Both the position numbers and the translations under genes were made by a program. A stretch of DNA of 64,000 bases from a virus: the IMG/VR virus record IMGVR_UViG_3300008259_000017, positions 8,879-72,878 of that record; one strand, 5' to 3'. Under the pieces are notes generated by a model that searched no databases, was not told the DNA's origin, and worked only from the letters and a program-made list of their open reading frames with translations. This document shows, in pieces, positions 49,301-58,600 of the stretch; the first letter of the stretch is position 1; each line of letters starts with the position of its first letter.

Positions 49301-52300
49301 CTCTGCAGCTTACTCTGCCGGAAGCTTATTCCATGATTATACAGAAGTACTAGATACGCTAATGGTATCGTATGAATACGGTGATAATGAGCTAAACTGG
49401 CAAATATCTGGATCATTGTCAGAGGGTGAGGTATATTACGTAACATATAGATACGGAGCATTAAGAGATGCTCTTAAGAATAACTTTGGAATATTAACAA
49501 AGATTCCTTTCTTTACAAAATTTACACCATCTACAGATAGAGAGCTATACAGAAGGGCTCTCCAGGGAACCATAGAGTCTTTTGCAAGAGGTCCTACAAA
49601 AGAGTCATTTGATAATCTAATTAGAAAGTTTACTGATCAATCACCAGAGATAACCGAATCAGTATTTGGAGAATGGATACTTGGAAGAGATTTTGTAAAT
49701 CCTTCTGAATTGAGTTATTCTGGTGCATTAAAATTCGAATCAGGAAGATTTGAATCGGGCATTTTAATAGACGGAGATACAGTTATAAAGGCTCCAGCTC
49801 TAACAAGCCTGAATATCAATGAAGGAACTTTTAGTACTTGGATTAGAAATGATTGGTATGGAATAAGTAATGATGCAGATATATCATTTGATTTCTCATC
49901 AATGGGCAAAATACAATATTCATTAATTTTAAATCAAGATATATTTAAAAAAGATAATTTTGAGCTATTTGCATCCAATGATAGATTTGGCTTTACAGAT
50001 TGGACCGGAAGCAATATTTCAATGGTAAATTATTCAAATATATCAGAAGATACATTTGTTGGTCCATATGGAATAACAAAGTATCATGATAGACTAACAC
50101 CTTTTAAAAAGTCAAGTCATGAATTTGTTTTAAAAGCAGAATCTCTAGATACAAATGAATATTTAACTAGTTTTTATGATAAGATAACAAGTTTGTCAGA
50201 ACGACTATCAGGTATTGGAATACCAAGCTTCTCTTCTGCTATAGGCATGTCAACAAGAGGATTCTTTACATTAAATCTTGAAATACTATTGGATTATTAT
50301 TCAAGTCCAATAACAGTATCAATTGGCGATGGTGAAAAAGTATTTATGGCAATAGGAGCATTTACTCCTATTAAAGATCCAGATACAGGCAGAGTAAGAG
50401 TATTCTCACTTGATGAATTAGAAGTAACGCAAAATACAATGCCAAATTACGATGGACCCTTCTTAATAAAAAATTGCAACTGTATTGATTATGAAGATAT
50501 GGAGTCACTAGAAAAATTCAATGATCCTGTATTTAACATGGCAAAAATTGTATTTGATGAAAATATAGATATAGGCTATTTAACAACAGAATATGAAATA
50601 CTAAATTATAATCTTTCTGGTTTGAAATTTATATCAAATAATGGAAGACTATATTCAGTATTAAGCTTGCTAGATGTGAGTGGTAATGAATTTACCGATA
50701 TATCTGAATCAACTATAGTATCAGGGTTTGTTATAAATAAACTACCAGACAATGAACGAAACACTACAGCCCTTGGAAGCGAAGCTATAAACACTGCATT
50801 GCCAACAGGCTCTGGTGCATTATTGTTTACTGCAATTTCGGTTATAAAAGAGTCATCAGACTCAGAGACTAAATATGGATATAACCCCCTTCCAAAGCTC
50901 GTAGACTTTACCTCAAAGACATTTTCATTAAAAGTAGATCGTAATCCTCTTGAAAATAAAGTAGATTATACACTAAATACGTCATCATATAATATGGTAT
51001 ATTCAGATTTGCTTTCAGCTGGAAATTACAATAATGTTTTCGAGATATTAAACCTAACCTCATGGTTTGCATCCGATGCAGGTTTATCTTCTGAAATAGA
51101 TGGAATATCTGATTTAGATAATAAAATGTTTGTAGGAACCTTAGATCCTATGTCCAAGTCAAGAGTAAGTATTTACTCTATTTCTTATAATATAGAAGAA
51201 TCATTAAACAAATCAAATGTATATATTGGTAGTTTATTAAGAAATCCAGCTTCATTAAAATTTTCATTAAACAAAGAATCGGAAAATGTATCTGGTATTG
51301 GAACTATAAACTCTTCAGAAAAAGGAGTTTATATATGGTTTGATAATGATTGCAAAGTTGATGATAATAAAGTAGGAAGCTGGAGAGTAAGAACGATAAT
51401 TCCAAATCAAAAGTCTATTCCAGCCGGCATAGATGTTGATGGTTATACAATATATGAGGCATCTGAAAAGCTTGATTATATAGAAGGATACATAACAACC
51501 AATGGAACCTACTCATATGCAAAATCAAGATCATTAGATTTGGACTGCTCTGATGAAGATTGCAAAGGAAGCTTTAGGTTTTGTGGTCAAGATTTATTAG
51601 AGTCTACTGGATGGAAGTCTATAACTGACTCAAATTCTGAAATTATCAACACTATAATTGGCGGAATGCAAACTACAGCAAGTAGCTGGTTAAAGGTTGG
51701 AAACTTTGATACTGCAATTCAAAATAATATTTATACAATAGATAATATAACATCATACGATTATCTTTATCTGCCATTAAACTGCATTCAGAGTGCCAAC
51801 TATTCAATATCTTTTAAAGTTACAAGCTTTGATGCTGGAATAATTGGTTCAAGCTATGGACAATTTTCTGGATCAGTAAGTGGAAATATAATTGGCACAA
51901 ATATTGCAGAAATCTATAATGGAACAAAATGGATTAAGCTGTCGCTTGCTGCAACAAATACTGAAAAGTATATAGCAATTCTAGATGGTTATGATAATTC
52001 GATAATAGATTTGTTCTTGTTTAATTGGGATAATTTACTATATAATAACTTAACAGTATCTCTTGACTCATCAAATGAAATAATTACAATTTATTCATCT
52101 GAAATTGTCAAGTCTAGAATAAAGTATTCTGCTTTTAAAGATATAACAGTTGATTGTAATAATCAAATTGAAAAAGGAATATTTATAAGACTTGTTGATA
52201 GCAGCATAGTAGATGATATGTTCTTTACTGCAATAGAGCCTATAAAATTAAATATAGATTTAATTGAGCTATCACTAACATCTAAAAATCAAATTGAGAC

Positions 52301-55300
52301 AATAGAGGAGGCAGACTCCTTAGTTATCTCTTCAGACAATATTCATTTTAAATTTTATAACAAAGCAGATGGATACTTGGACTCATATGGATATATGGAG
52401 CAGGGATCTGATATTGATGATATAGTATTTGTATCAGATAAAGAAAGATATATATTAGACTCTGGTGAGGCAGTTAATAAAAATAGATTATCTATCTTTA
52501 AAGATGGCTTTGGCTACTTAAACTTTAGAGTGTACGATTCATTATATCCAGATAAGAAATCATCTTATTATAATATATCATCAAGTATAAAAAATTTCCT
52601 GCCTGGCGAGTTCCACCACATAGCAGCAAGTTGGAGATTTAATACTGATTATAGCAAAGATGAAATGCACTTGTTTATAGATGGCCAGGAAGTTCCATCT
52701 TTGTACAAGTTTGGCGGATTTATATCTGCAAATTTTGACTCAATGGTCGGAGATGTTGCAAAGGAAATTATACAGAATTTCTCCAATACAAAGATAAGCT
52801 TTAATGATTCTTATAGTGATGGAGTAATCTTGGCTGGATCCAGTATATTGTCTTCTTTATCAGCAGCATTTAGCCAATCAGATATAGGAAGATCAATTAT
52901 ATTTAAGGATCCAACTTTAGCATTAGAGTTGGATAAAAAAGCATTTGTTATAATAGGTGTAGACGGTTCAGATGCTATAATCGGCGACATAGATACATTA
53001 TCAGAATACTCTTTTACTACTTCAGAGTCTGGATTGACGTTTGAATTTCCACCCTATATATCATCAGGATCATTAAATACAGAGCTTTCAACGACAAAGT
53101 ATGAGGTTTTCAAAAGAACATGTGAAGATATTATTACTGAGCTTGGAGGAGTTCAGTATACAGTTAGCGATGGGCTAATTAATGTAGTGGATAATAAAAA
53201 TATAAAAAATAATTACAGAGCAAACATATCAAATGGATATATAGAATTCATAAAGAAAAACAATGATTGCTCTTGGTCAGGCTCAGTAGATGTATCTGAT
53301 CTAGATATATGGCTGGAAACATTTGGATTAACAAAAACAAGGGTATCAGAAAAAATAAATTACTCTAGCAAGAGTTTAATGGGCGACTTGTATCTTGATG
53401 GTATGAGCGCATTTATAACTAATTTACCAGAGCCAATTGATTTAACAGCTACATCTATCAAGAAGATTATTGTTGATAACACAATTCCCGAAGGATCAGT
53501 ATCTCTAAATGTCTTTAGCTTTTCCATTGACTTGGAATCTTATACTTCTTCTCAGTTTGCATCTATAAACAATGGAAGACTTGTAAAATTAAATTTTGAA
53601 TCAGATAATATAAAGTTCTGTTTAGATGGATATACCTTATCAAACTATATTACAGTGACCGGCCTAACAACAAGCGGTCTAACAACTGAGACATTATATA
53701 TAACAGATTCAAAAAGCTATATTTTAGAAAATTCATTTATAAGTATAACAAATATATCTGGATCTTTTGAGATTACAGATGAGAACTATGAGCCATGCAT
53801 GATTTCCATTGAAGAGGTGGATGCAATAACTATTCAAAATGCATCCGGATCATATCCTATAATATCAGAGTATTCAAATGGTGTATTTATTTTCAATGAC
53901 AGCTCAAATGAATCTGAAATATTTGTTTTGTCAAAGGGTGTTTACAAGTTTGAATATTCAGCTTATTTAAGAATAAAGATTCCAAATCTAGGAAAATATT
54001 TATTCTTTGGATCAGATATTAATGGTGAAAATAAATTAAATGGATTAGTTGATGAAACAAAGATAGTCACAGAGATGTCAGGAGATACAAGGGTATATGA
54101 GTATTCTTCACTCTTCTCAAGAAGCATAACTGAGGAATTTATATCGCAAGATAGTCCATGTTTGGATCTTCAAACTATATTCTTATCACATTTTGACAAT
54201 CCAGAGTCTATGCAACTAAGAAGACTAAGAAACAAAATATTTTTAAATTCAACTGAAAACTTTAAATATAAATTAAGTAAATCAGATATTGAAAAGTTAT
54301 ATCCTTACTTGAATGATAGAAATAATTTCATATCAACTATGTTAAAGATGGGATACTCTGAGGCAATATCCGAAGAAACATTCGTTGAGGTACACTATGC
54401 AGATGGTGGCCCATTATTTAATGAAGCAAGGTATAAAAATAATAGCGAACTTACTGTTGGTTTTAATAGCGTAAATGAAGGCTTTGGCAATTCTGCAAAA
54501 TTCTTTGGATCAAGACCAGAGATTTATACAGCTCCAAATGTAATAAATAATTCATTAGGAAATATTGAGTTTTGGGTAAGTCCTCTTCTTTCTACAAAGA
54601 CTGATAAAACAAAAAGAGTTTTATTTGATTCATATGCAATAAAGACGGCCTTTATAACACCAACTACTACAAACTTATTATATCTACCAGAGGCTGCATC
54701 AAAAATAATTTCTATAACCCTTCCTCAGCAAAAAGACAGCAAAATATATTCAACTAGCAGATACGATGAGATAACAAGATCATCTCTAACCGGCAGATTA
54801 TCTGGCGGAACTGGAGTTTTGAATGATTTCTCTTCTGAATGCAAACTAAAAAATGATGGAACTATTATTGTCCTAAAGACAAACTTAATTTCAAATGATC
54901 CAGTTATTGTAAGATATATAGACAAGGCATCTAGTGGTTCAAGAATTCAAATATTCTTGGAGAATAATAAAATATTCTTTGTTATAAATAATAATAATAT
55001 TTCTTATTCAGTATTTGCAGCAACTGATTGGCAAAGAAATACATGGCATAGAGTATCTGCAAGTTGGAAAGCAAATACAGGAAGAGACTTTTTAAAACTA
55101 GTTGTAGATGGAACATCATATGATGACTCTGTTATAAATCAAGCAATCTATTTAACAGATAATCTAAAGACAATTTATATTGGAGCGCAGTTTGATGGTA
55201 TGCTATCCGCTATGTCAAGAATTGATAACTTTAGAATAAGCAATGCAGATAGAAATTTATTAGTTGATACTTCTGGAAAATATATTGACTTTAATTACTC

Positions 55301-55562
55301 AAGTAATTTAGATTCAGTAAGTAAAATATATAATGATATAAATACAACTTACTTGAATAATTTTGATTTAAGCTCTGATTACTCAACATATGCAACTGTC
55401 TCTGATTCTAAAAATGGAATATTTGATTTTGATATAGATATAGTTGATGACTTTGGATTGGTGAAATCAGAAGAGGTAGAAGATTTGATAAAGTTTCTGG
55501 TAGAAAAGCTAAAGCCTTCTCATACAAATGTATTGGTAAGATTCAAAAGAAAAACATGTTAG
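46347..55562 (+). CDS. Giant baseplate wedge protein (gp7/gpI-like) with LamG-like domains
   Basis: 3071 aa; LKNNFG...DRELYRRALQG...GPT wedge motif, LamG signatures (EGTFSTWI, FHHIAASW..LFIDG, WHRVSASW, IDNFRIS), C-terminal KLKPSHTNVLVRF. Confidence 0.75.
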   Translation: MALRPVSLQINSSTTVEISFNKNLNTLISVDNFEISSASGVEDDISVVSIFITEKTVILTTRPQNQDNLYIITLKDGLQKFSAEDGDRLVNDDISRVLYFVGADSFNPVRDRMLSNVPKTYSLEGTVVKNVVSNTAEELYTLQKNIGEVLSDNYISARSENEVRIRNSGAKDRLANENAYMVEYVSRYRSGENLLFGELLLNSSAIAPSQTVVSNYPISLQQVLNTEEFVFSNLDSNISGYLITLSKNNILKLESITIKKASTEECEDSDYTYNIESFKYSIKDNRYDPYRSYSFSELGSNQILLSESSGFAMPSAGDTVIISYLYKDLSRNVSTDSIEVFSIESTQSELIPQNISRFFLKNAPITDQSGDILSFGNIAFNSLSQYIENPFQIEIQFSTSKLPSNYGEYSVNYSTGEVIVFGTVSATGTGFGQYLASYTYRRQFKGNLDYYLSGYDFAATSGRDLAGAEAVIRFTYQQIFVDGVDYKSECHIEVLNEEVTNNVTSSFSLKTKNHPITKVFNISNQTTGEVYKLLYFYKNQIFFTGINPPRFVSSKNKIPRFDIAQDEKISPYFKFVSPIHKFKITNNDSINNIQIYPPIQSHLVDTTSSQYVLKTSSGELQNMNVKFFGPEDGNGNINYIALTTSSDLPDVNAEYYIGLISLSVKLKNKYILNKLEDSIGSVVDSSLHLDKDIFITEKVFSTDIEYYLAIKNFYSSENISATYNSSTARLQNVGDYVVDYSTGTIHVAVGNVYDIDIGRATYSYSKIALNGLNIVTSDGISKKKNYIDNPSVVFEKTKIDNGIIIEDLNNYLEIASENKIILDDGTEEYTCAVTSDYGIYTKYKPTQVKGVWTLQDLFGRSSSVAASRVTSGTYENLIPSKDLGGRNLINGSASVEDFFIDLKTYVKTKARFYSGYTFVVYDELFGSVFDVVNATTGASLLASAAISYVDGYLEIFIPDGSGLFSGNDVVISYVKSYIPAPGTRVSAAYSAGSLFHDYTEVLDTLMVSYEYGDNELNWQISGSLSEGEVYYVTYRYGALRDALKNNFGILTKIPFFTKFTPSTDRELYRRALQGTIESFARGPTKESFDNLIRKFTDQSPEITESVFGEWILGRDFVNPSELSYSGALKFESGRFESGILIDGDTVIKAPALTSLNINEGTFSTWIRNDWYGISNDADISFDFSSMGKIQYSLILNQDIFKKDNFELFASNDRFGFTDWTGSNISMVNYSNISEDTFVGPYGITKYHDRLTPFKKSSHEFVLKAESLDTNEYLTSFYDKITSLSERLSGIGIPSFSSAIGMSTRGFFTLNLEILLDYYSSPITVSIGDGEKVFMAIGAFTPIKDPDTGRVRVFSLDELEVTQNTMPNYDGPFLIKNCNCIDYEDMESLEKFNDPVFNMAKIVFDENIDIGYLTTEYEILNYNLSGLKFISNNGRLYSVLSLLDVSGNEFTDISESTIVSGFVINKLPDNERNTTALGSEAINTALPTGSGALLFTAISVIKESSDSETKYGYNPLPKLVDFTSKTFSLKVDRNPLENKVDYTLNTSSYNMVYSDLLSAGNYNNVFEILNLTSWFASDAGLSSEIDGISDLDNKMFVGTLDPMSKSRVSIYSISYNIEESLNKSNVYIGSLLRNPASLKFSLNKESENVSGIGTINSSEKGVYIWFDNDCKVDDNKVGSWRVRTIIPNQKSIPAGIDVDGYTIYEASEKLDYIEGYITTNGTYSYAKSRSLDLDCSDEDCKGSFRFCGQDLLESTGWKSITDSNSEIINTIIGGMQTTASSWLKVGNFDTAIQNNIYTIDNITSYDYLYLPLNCIQSANYSISFKVTSFDAGIIGSSYGQFSGSVSGNIIGTNIAEIYNGTKWIKLSLAATNTEKYIAILDGYDNSIIDLFLFNWDNLLYNNLTVSLDSSNEIITIYSSEIVKSRIKYSAFKDITVDCNNQIEKGIFIRLVDSSIVDDMFFTAIEPIKLNIDLIELSLTSKNQIETIEEADSLVISSDNIHFKFYNKADGYLDSYGYMEQGSDIDDIVFVSDKERYILDSGEAVNKNRLSIFKDGFGYLNFRVYDSLYPDKKSSYYNISSSIKNFLPGEFHHIAASWRFNTDYSKDEMHLFIDGQEVPSLYKFGGFISANFDSMVGDVAKEIIQNFSNTKISFNDSYSDGVILAGSSILSSLSAAFSQSDIGRSIIFKDPTLALELDKKAFVIIGVDGSDAIIGDIDTLSEYSFTTSESGLTFEFPPYISSGSLNTELSTTKYEVFKRTCEDIITELGGVQYTVSDGLINVVDNKNIKNNYRANISNGYIEFIKKNNDCSWSGSVDVSDLDIWLETFGLTKTRVSEKINYSSKSLMGDLYLDGMSAFITNLPEPIDLTATSIKKIIVDNTIPEGSVSLNVFSFSIDLESYTSSQFASINNGRLVKLNFESDNIKFCLDGYTLSNYITVTGLTTSGLTTETLYITDSKSYILENSFISITNISGSFEITDENYEPCMISIEEVDAITIQNASGSYPIISEYSNGVFIFNDSSNESEIFVLSKGVYKFEYSAYLRIKIPNLGKYLFFGSDINGENKLNGLVDETKIVTEMSGDTRVYEYSSLFSRSITEEFISQDSPCLDLQTIFLSHFDNPESMQLRRLRNKIFLNSTENFKYKLSKSDIEKLYPYLNDRNNFISTMLKMGYSEAISEETFVEVHYADGGPLFNEARYKNNSELTVGFNSVNEGFGNSAKFFGSRPEIYTAPNVINNSLGNIEFWVSPLLSTKTDKTKRVLFDSYAIKTAFITPTTTNLLYLPEAASKIISITLPQQKDSKIYSTSRYDEITRSSLTGRLSGGTGVLNDFSSECKLKNDGTIIVLKTNLISNDPVIVRYIDKASSGSRIQIFLENNKIFFVINNNNISYSVFAATDWQRNTWHRVSASWKANTGRDFLKLVVDGTSYDDSVINQAIYLTDNLKTIYIGAQFDGMLSAMSRIDNFRISNADRNLLVDTSGKYIDFNYSSNLDSVSKIYNDINTTYLNNFDLSSDYSTYATVSDSKNGIFDFDIDIVDDFGLVKSEEVEDLIKFLVEKLKPSHTNVLVRFKRKTC

Positions 55563-55618
55563 GCTGTGTAAAAAACTCTATTAATAAGAATGAGTTTTAA
55601 GTATAGCACGGAGAATTA

Positions 55619-58600
55619 ATGTCAGCAGATAATTTGAGCATAGTTTCCAGAGTAAACTTTTTCGACGGACAAAAAATAACTGAATCAGATTTAGATCAGG
55701 AACAGAACCATCAAAGATCTCTTTCTTCGAATCACGTATCTGTCTCTCATGGTAGCGGTATTGTAAAGGATAATCCACTTGAAAATAGGATATTACTAGA
55801 TACTTCCGCGCCAAGTACCTATGGAGTTAATGATACAGAATATTTAATTACAACAGGGTCATTTGATGGAAAGCCTATAAAGCTTGATAGACAGCCTTCA
55901 AATTCCGATACAGGAGCGAGGCTCTTTATTACTGTTTCAAATGGCACAGTTAGATCGGCTCATCCAGTAAAAGTTTTAATATTAGGATCAAGATATAACC
56001 CTTTAGACACCAGAGGAGAACTTGTATATGAACTTATTGAGTTCTATGGAAACGAAACAAAGGTAACTGGAAACTATTATAAAACTATTTTTGCAGTATA
56101 CTTCAACAACCTAAGCGGTGGATCAGGCCAAACATATTATGATGCAGTTGTTGATTCTGTGAATTATATATCAGATTATGAAACAAAGGTTGTAATTTTA
56201 GAAGCTGAACCATTAGTTATATTTCCAAAAACAAATGTATCTTGCCAGACTGAGTCTCCTTGCTTTGATTTAAATAATTTTATAACATATAATTCATCAA
56301 AGACAATCAATGATATATTAGAAGAGGGGCTTGACTCAACCTTCTCAATAGATGAGCTTTATCTTGAAAAAGATCCTTCTGGTTTATTACTATTTGAAGC
56401 AGGAGCAAGCTCATCAAAAGCATATGGTCAAAAATTTCTAGCTAAGTCTGGAAATATTCAAAAGATATCATTATTGGTTTCTGTAGATAACCCTGTTGCT
56501 GGATTTTCTGGAAATTTAGTATTATCAATTCATAAACTTACAACTTCTCAAAACTGTATTACTGATGTAGTACCTGATAATTTAATTAATTTTGATCCAG
56601 AAGCAGTTTCAATTGCAGAAGTTTCATATTCAAATGAAGACTTAATTGCAAATGGAATAATTTTAACAACAGATCCAAAAGTTATTGATTTTGATTTTTC
56701 ATCTACATTGTTAGCAAATCCTTTACTAGAGCCAAAGCTAGAAATAGGATCATATTATTGTTTTATATTAAAAAGATTTGGAGATACATCTACTAGCACA
56801 GTAAGACTATATAATGGATGGGGCAAAAAATACAGAAAAGAAGATAACGGACAAGCCTTAACAATTCAAGAGCAGTTTAGGCCAGATGAATCTATATTTA
56901 CAGAGTATGACATAGTTAATACAAAGTTCGTAGATGATAACTCCTTAAGCTTGTGGTTTGAACTCCATTCTGCAACCTTTGAAGTTACAAGCGGAAAAGC
57001 TTATTCATACGATGGATTTCCAATGGAAGTACCAACAACCGAGCAATACGTTGGTGGAAATCTAATCTCATATACATTAAAAGATATAGAGCTGCTAAAT
57101 ATAACTGGTGCAAAAAATTATGTTATATTGGAGAGAGCCGAAAAATTCTCAAATGCAATAACTCATCCAAGAACTGGAAATTATACATTCACAAGAATAA
57201 CAGATTCTTGTGAATTATCAGTGCTATCAGAGGAATCTCTTGCAAGCATTATTGATATGAATCCAATCATTCTTGGATCAATTACAGATGACAATAATAG
57301 ATCACCTTCAGATATTGATGGAGCAATTCAGTATCCAGGGTTATTAACTCCTAACAAACTATACTTTGTAAATCCGCCAGCTTACTTGCTAGATAGAACT
57401 TTAGTCGATAGAATCTTTATTCCTGATACCGAGTGTGATTGTTCAAATAGATATAAAATAGATTCAGTATCATGTAGAACCTTAAAAGCTGGCGATTTCA
57501 ATGATGATGGAAAGCTTGATGCAAATGATGTAATAACAATGCTTTCCTTGGCTGGAAATGTTATAAACTCAACAACAACTGAGGCAGCCCTAACTGATGG
57601 AACTCTAAGCTACGTAGATTTTTACAAAGCAGATTTAAATGCAGACGGATCAATAGATTCATCCGATATAGAGCTTTTGGAAGATGCCTTATATGGTTTT
57701 TATAATTTTACTATACCAAAAGAATTTGTACTACTTGAGATGAGCTTGTCAAACATATCTTCTGATAGTGATCATCCAAATATCTTTACAGATGAAGCAG
57801 CAACCTCAAGCTCTGTAACTTCAACTAATACAATTAACTTTACAGCTACATCAAGTGAGCTGATAAGAGTTATAAGATCTGGAGATATAGTAATAATTCC
57901 AGAAACAGAAATTGATGCAGGAACCTACATAGTAAGCTCTGTATCAAGCTCTCTATTAACTGTAACTTTATCAGTTCTAAATGAAGACGGAACAGTTCCT
58001 ACGTTTGTAGGAAGTCCTAATTTTGATATTATTATAAATAGTGGAACTGAAGTAAATACATTTGCAGATAATAACAATCTTGCATTGGTTCCATTTGTTT
58101 CAAGAAACTGGAAAATAACTGGCTCTGGAAATAGTTTTTCATCAAGATTCATAAATAAAGTAAACCTTGGAAGATTTATAGAGCAATCATTCTTTGAAGA
58201 AAAGGTTAATGATTGTATTTGTACAACAGATAATTGCTTCCAAGATCCATCACCATCTCCAATAATAAAGAATCAAAAAGTAATTCCAAATGATCTATAT
58301 ATTCCAAATGGAGATATATTGTCAGCAAAGGGAGTTCCTCATCATGGTGATTATGAATTTGTAAATATATCTTTAGAATTACCACCTGGAACAATAAATG
58401 ATTGCTCAATAAACTTATATGAGTCTTTTATAAAGTCTTATAACGGAACTTGCAACACAGCTGCTGGATATCCGGCTATGAAGTACTCAGATGGCACTCT
58501 TGTTGGTTGTACTGATTCAGGCGCAGTGACAGATTTGGCACTAGGAAAAGTAAAAATATCAAAGGCTATATCAAGTTTATATGTTGATGCATTGGTAGAT

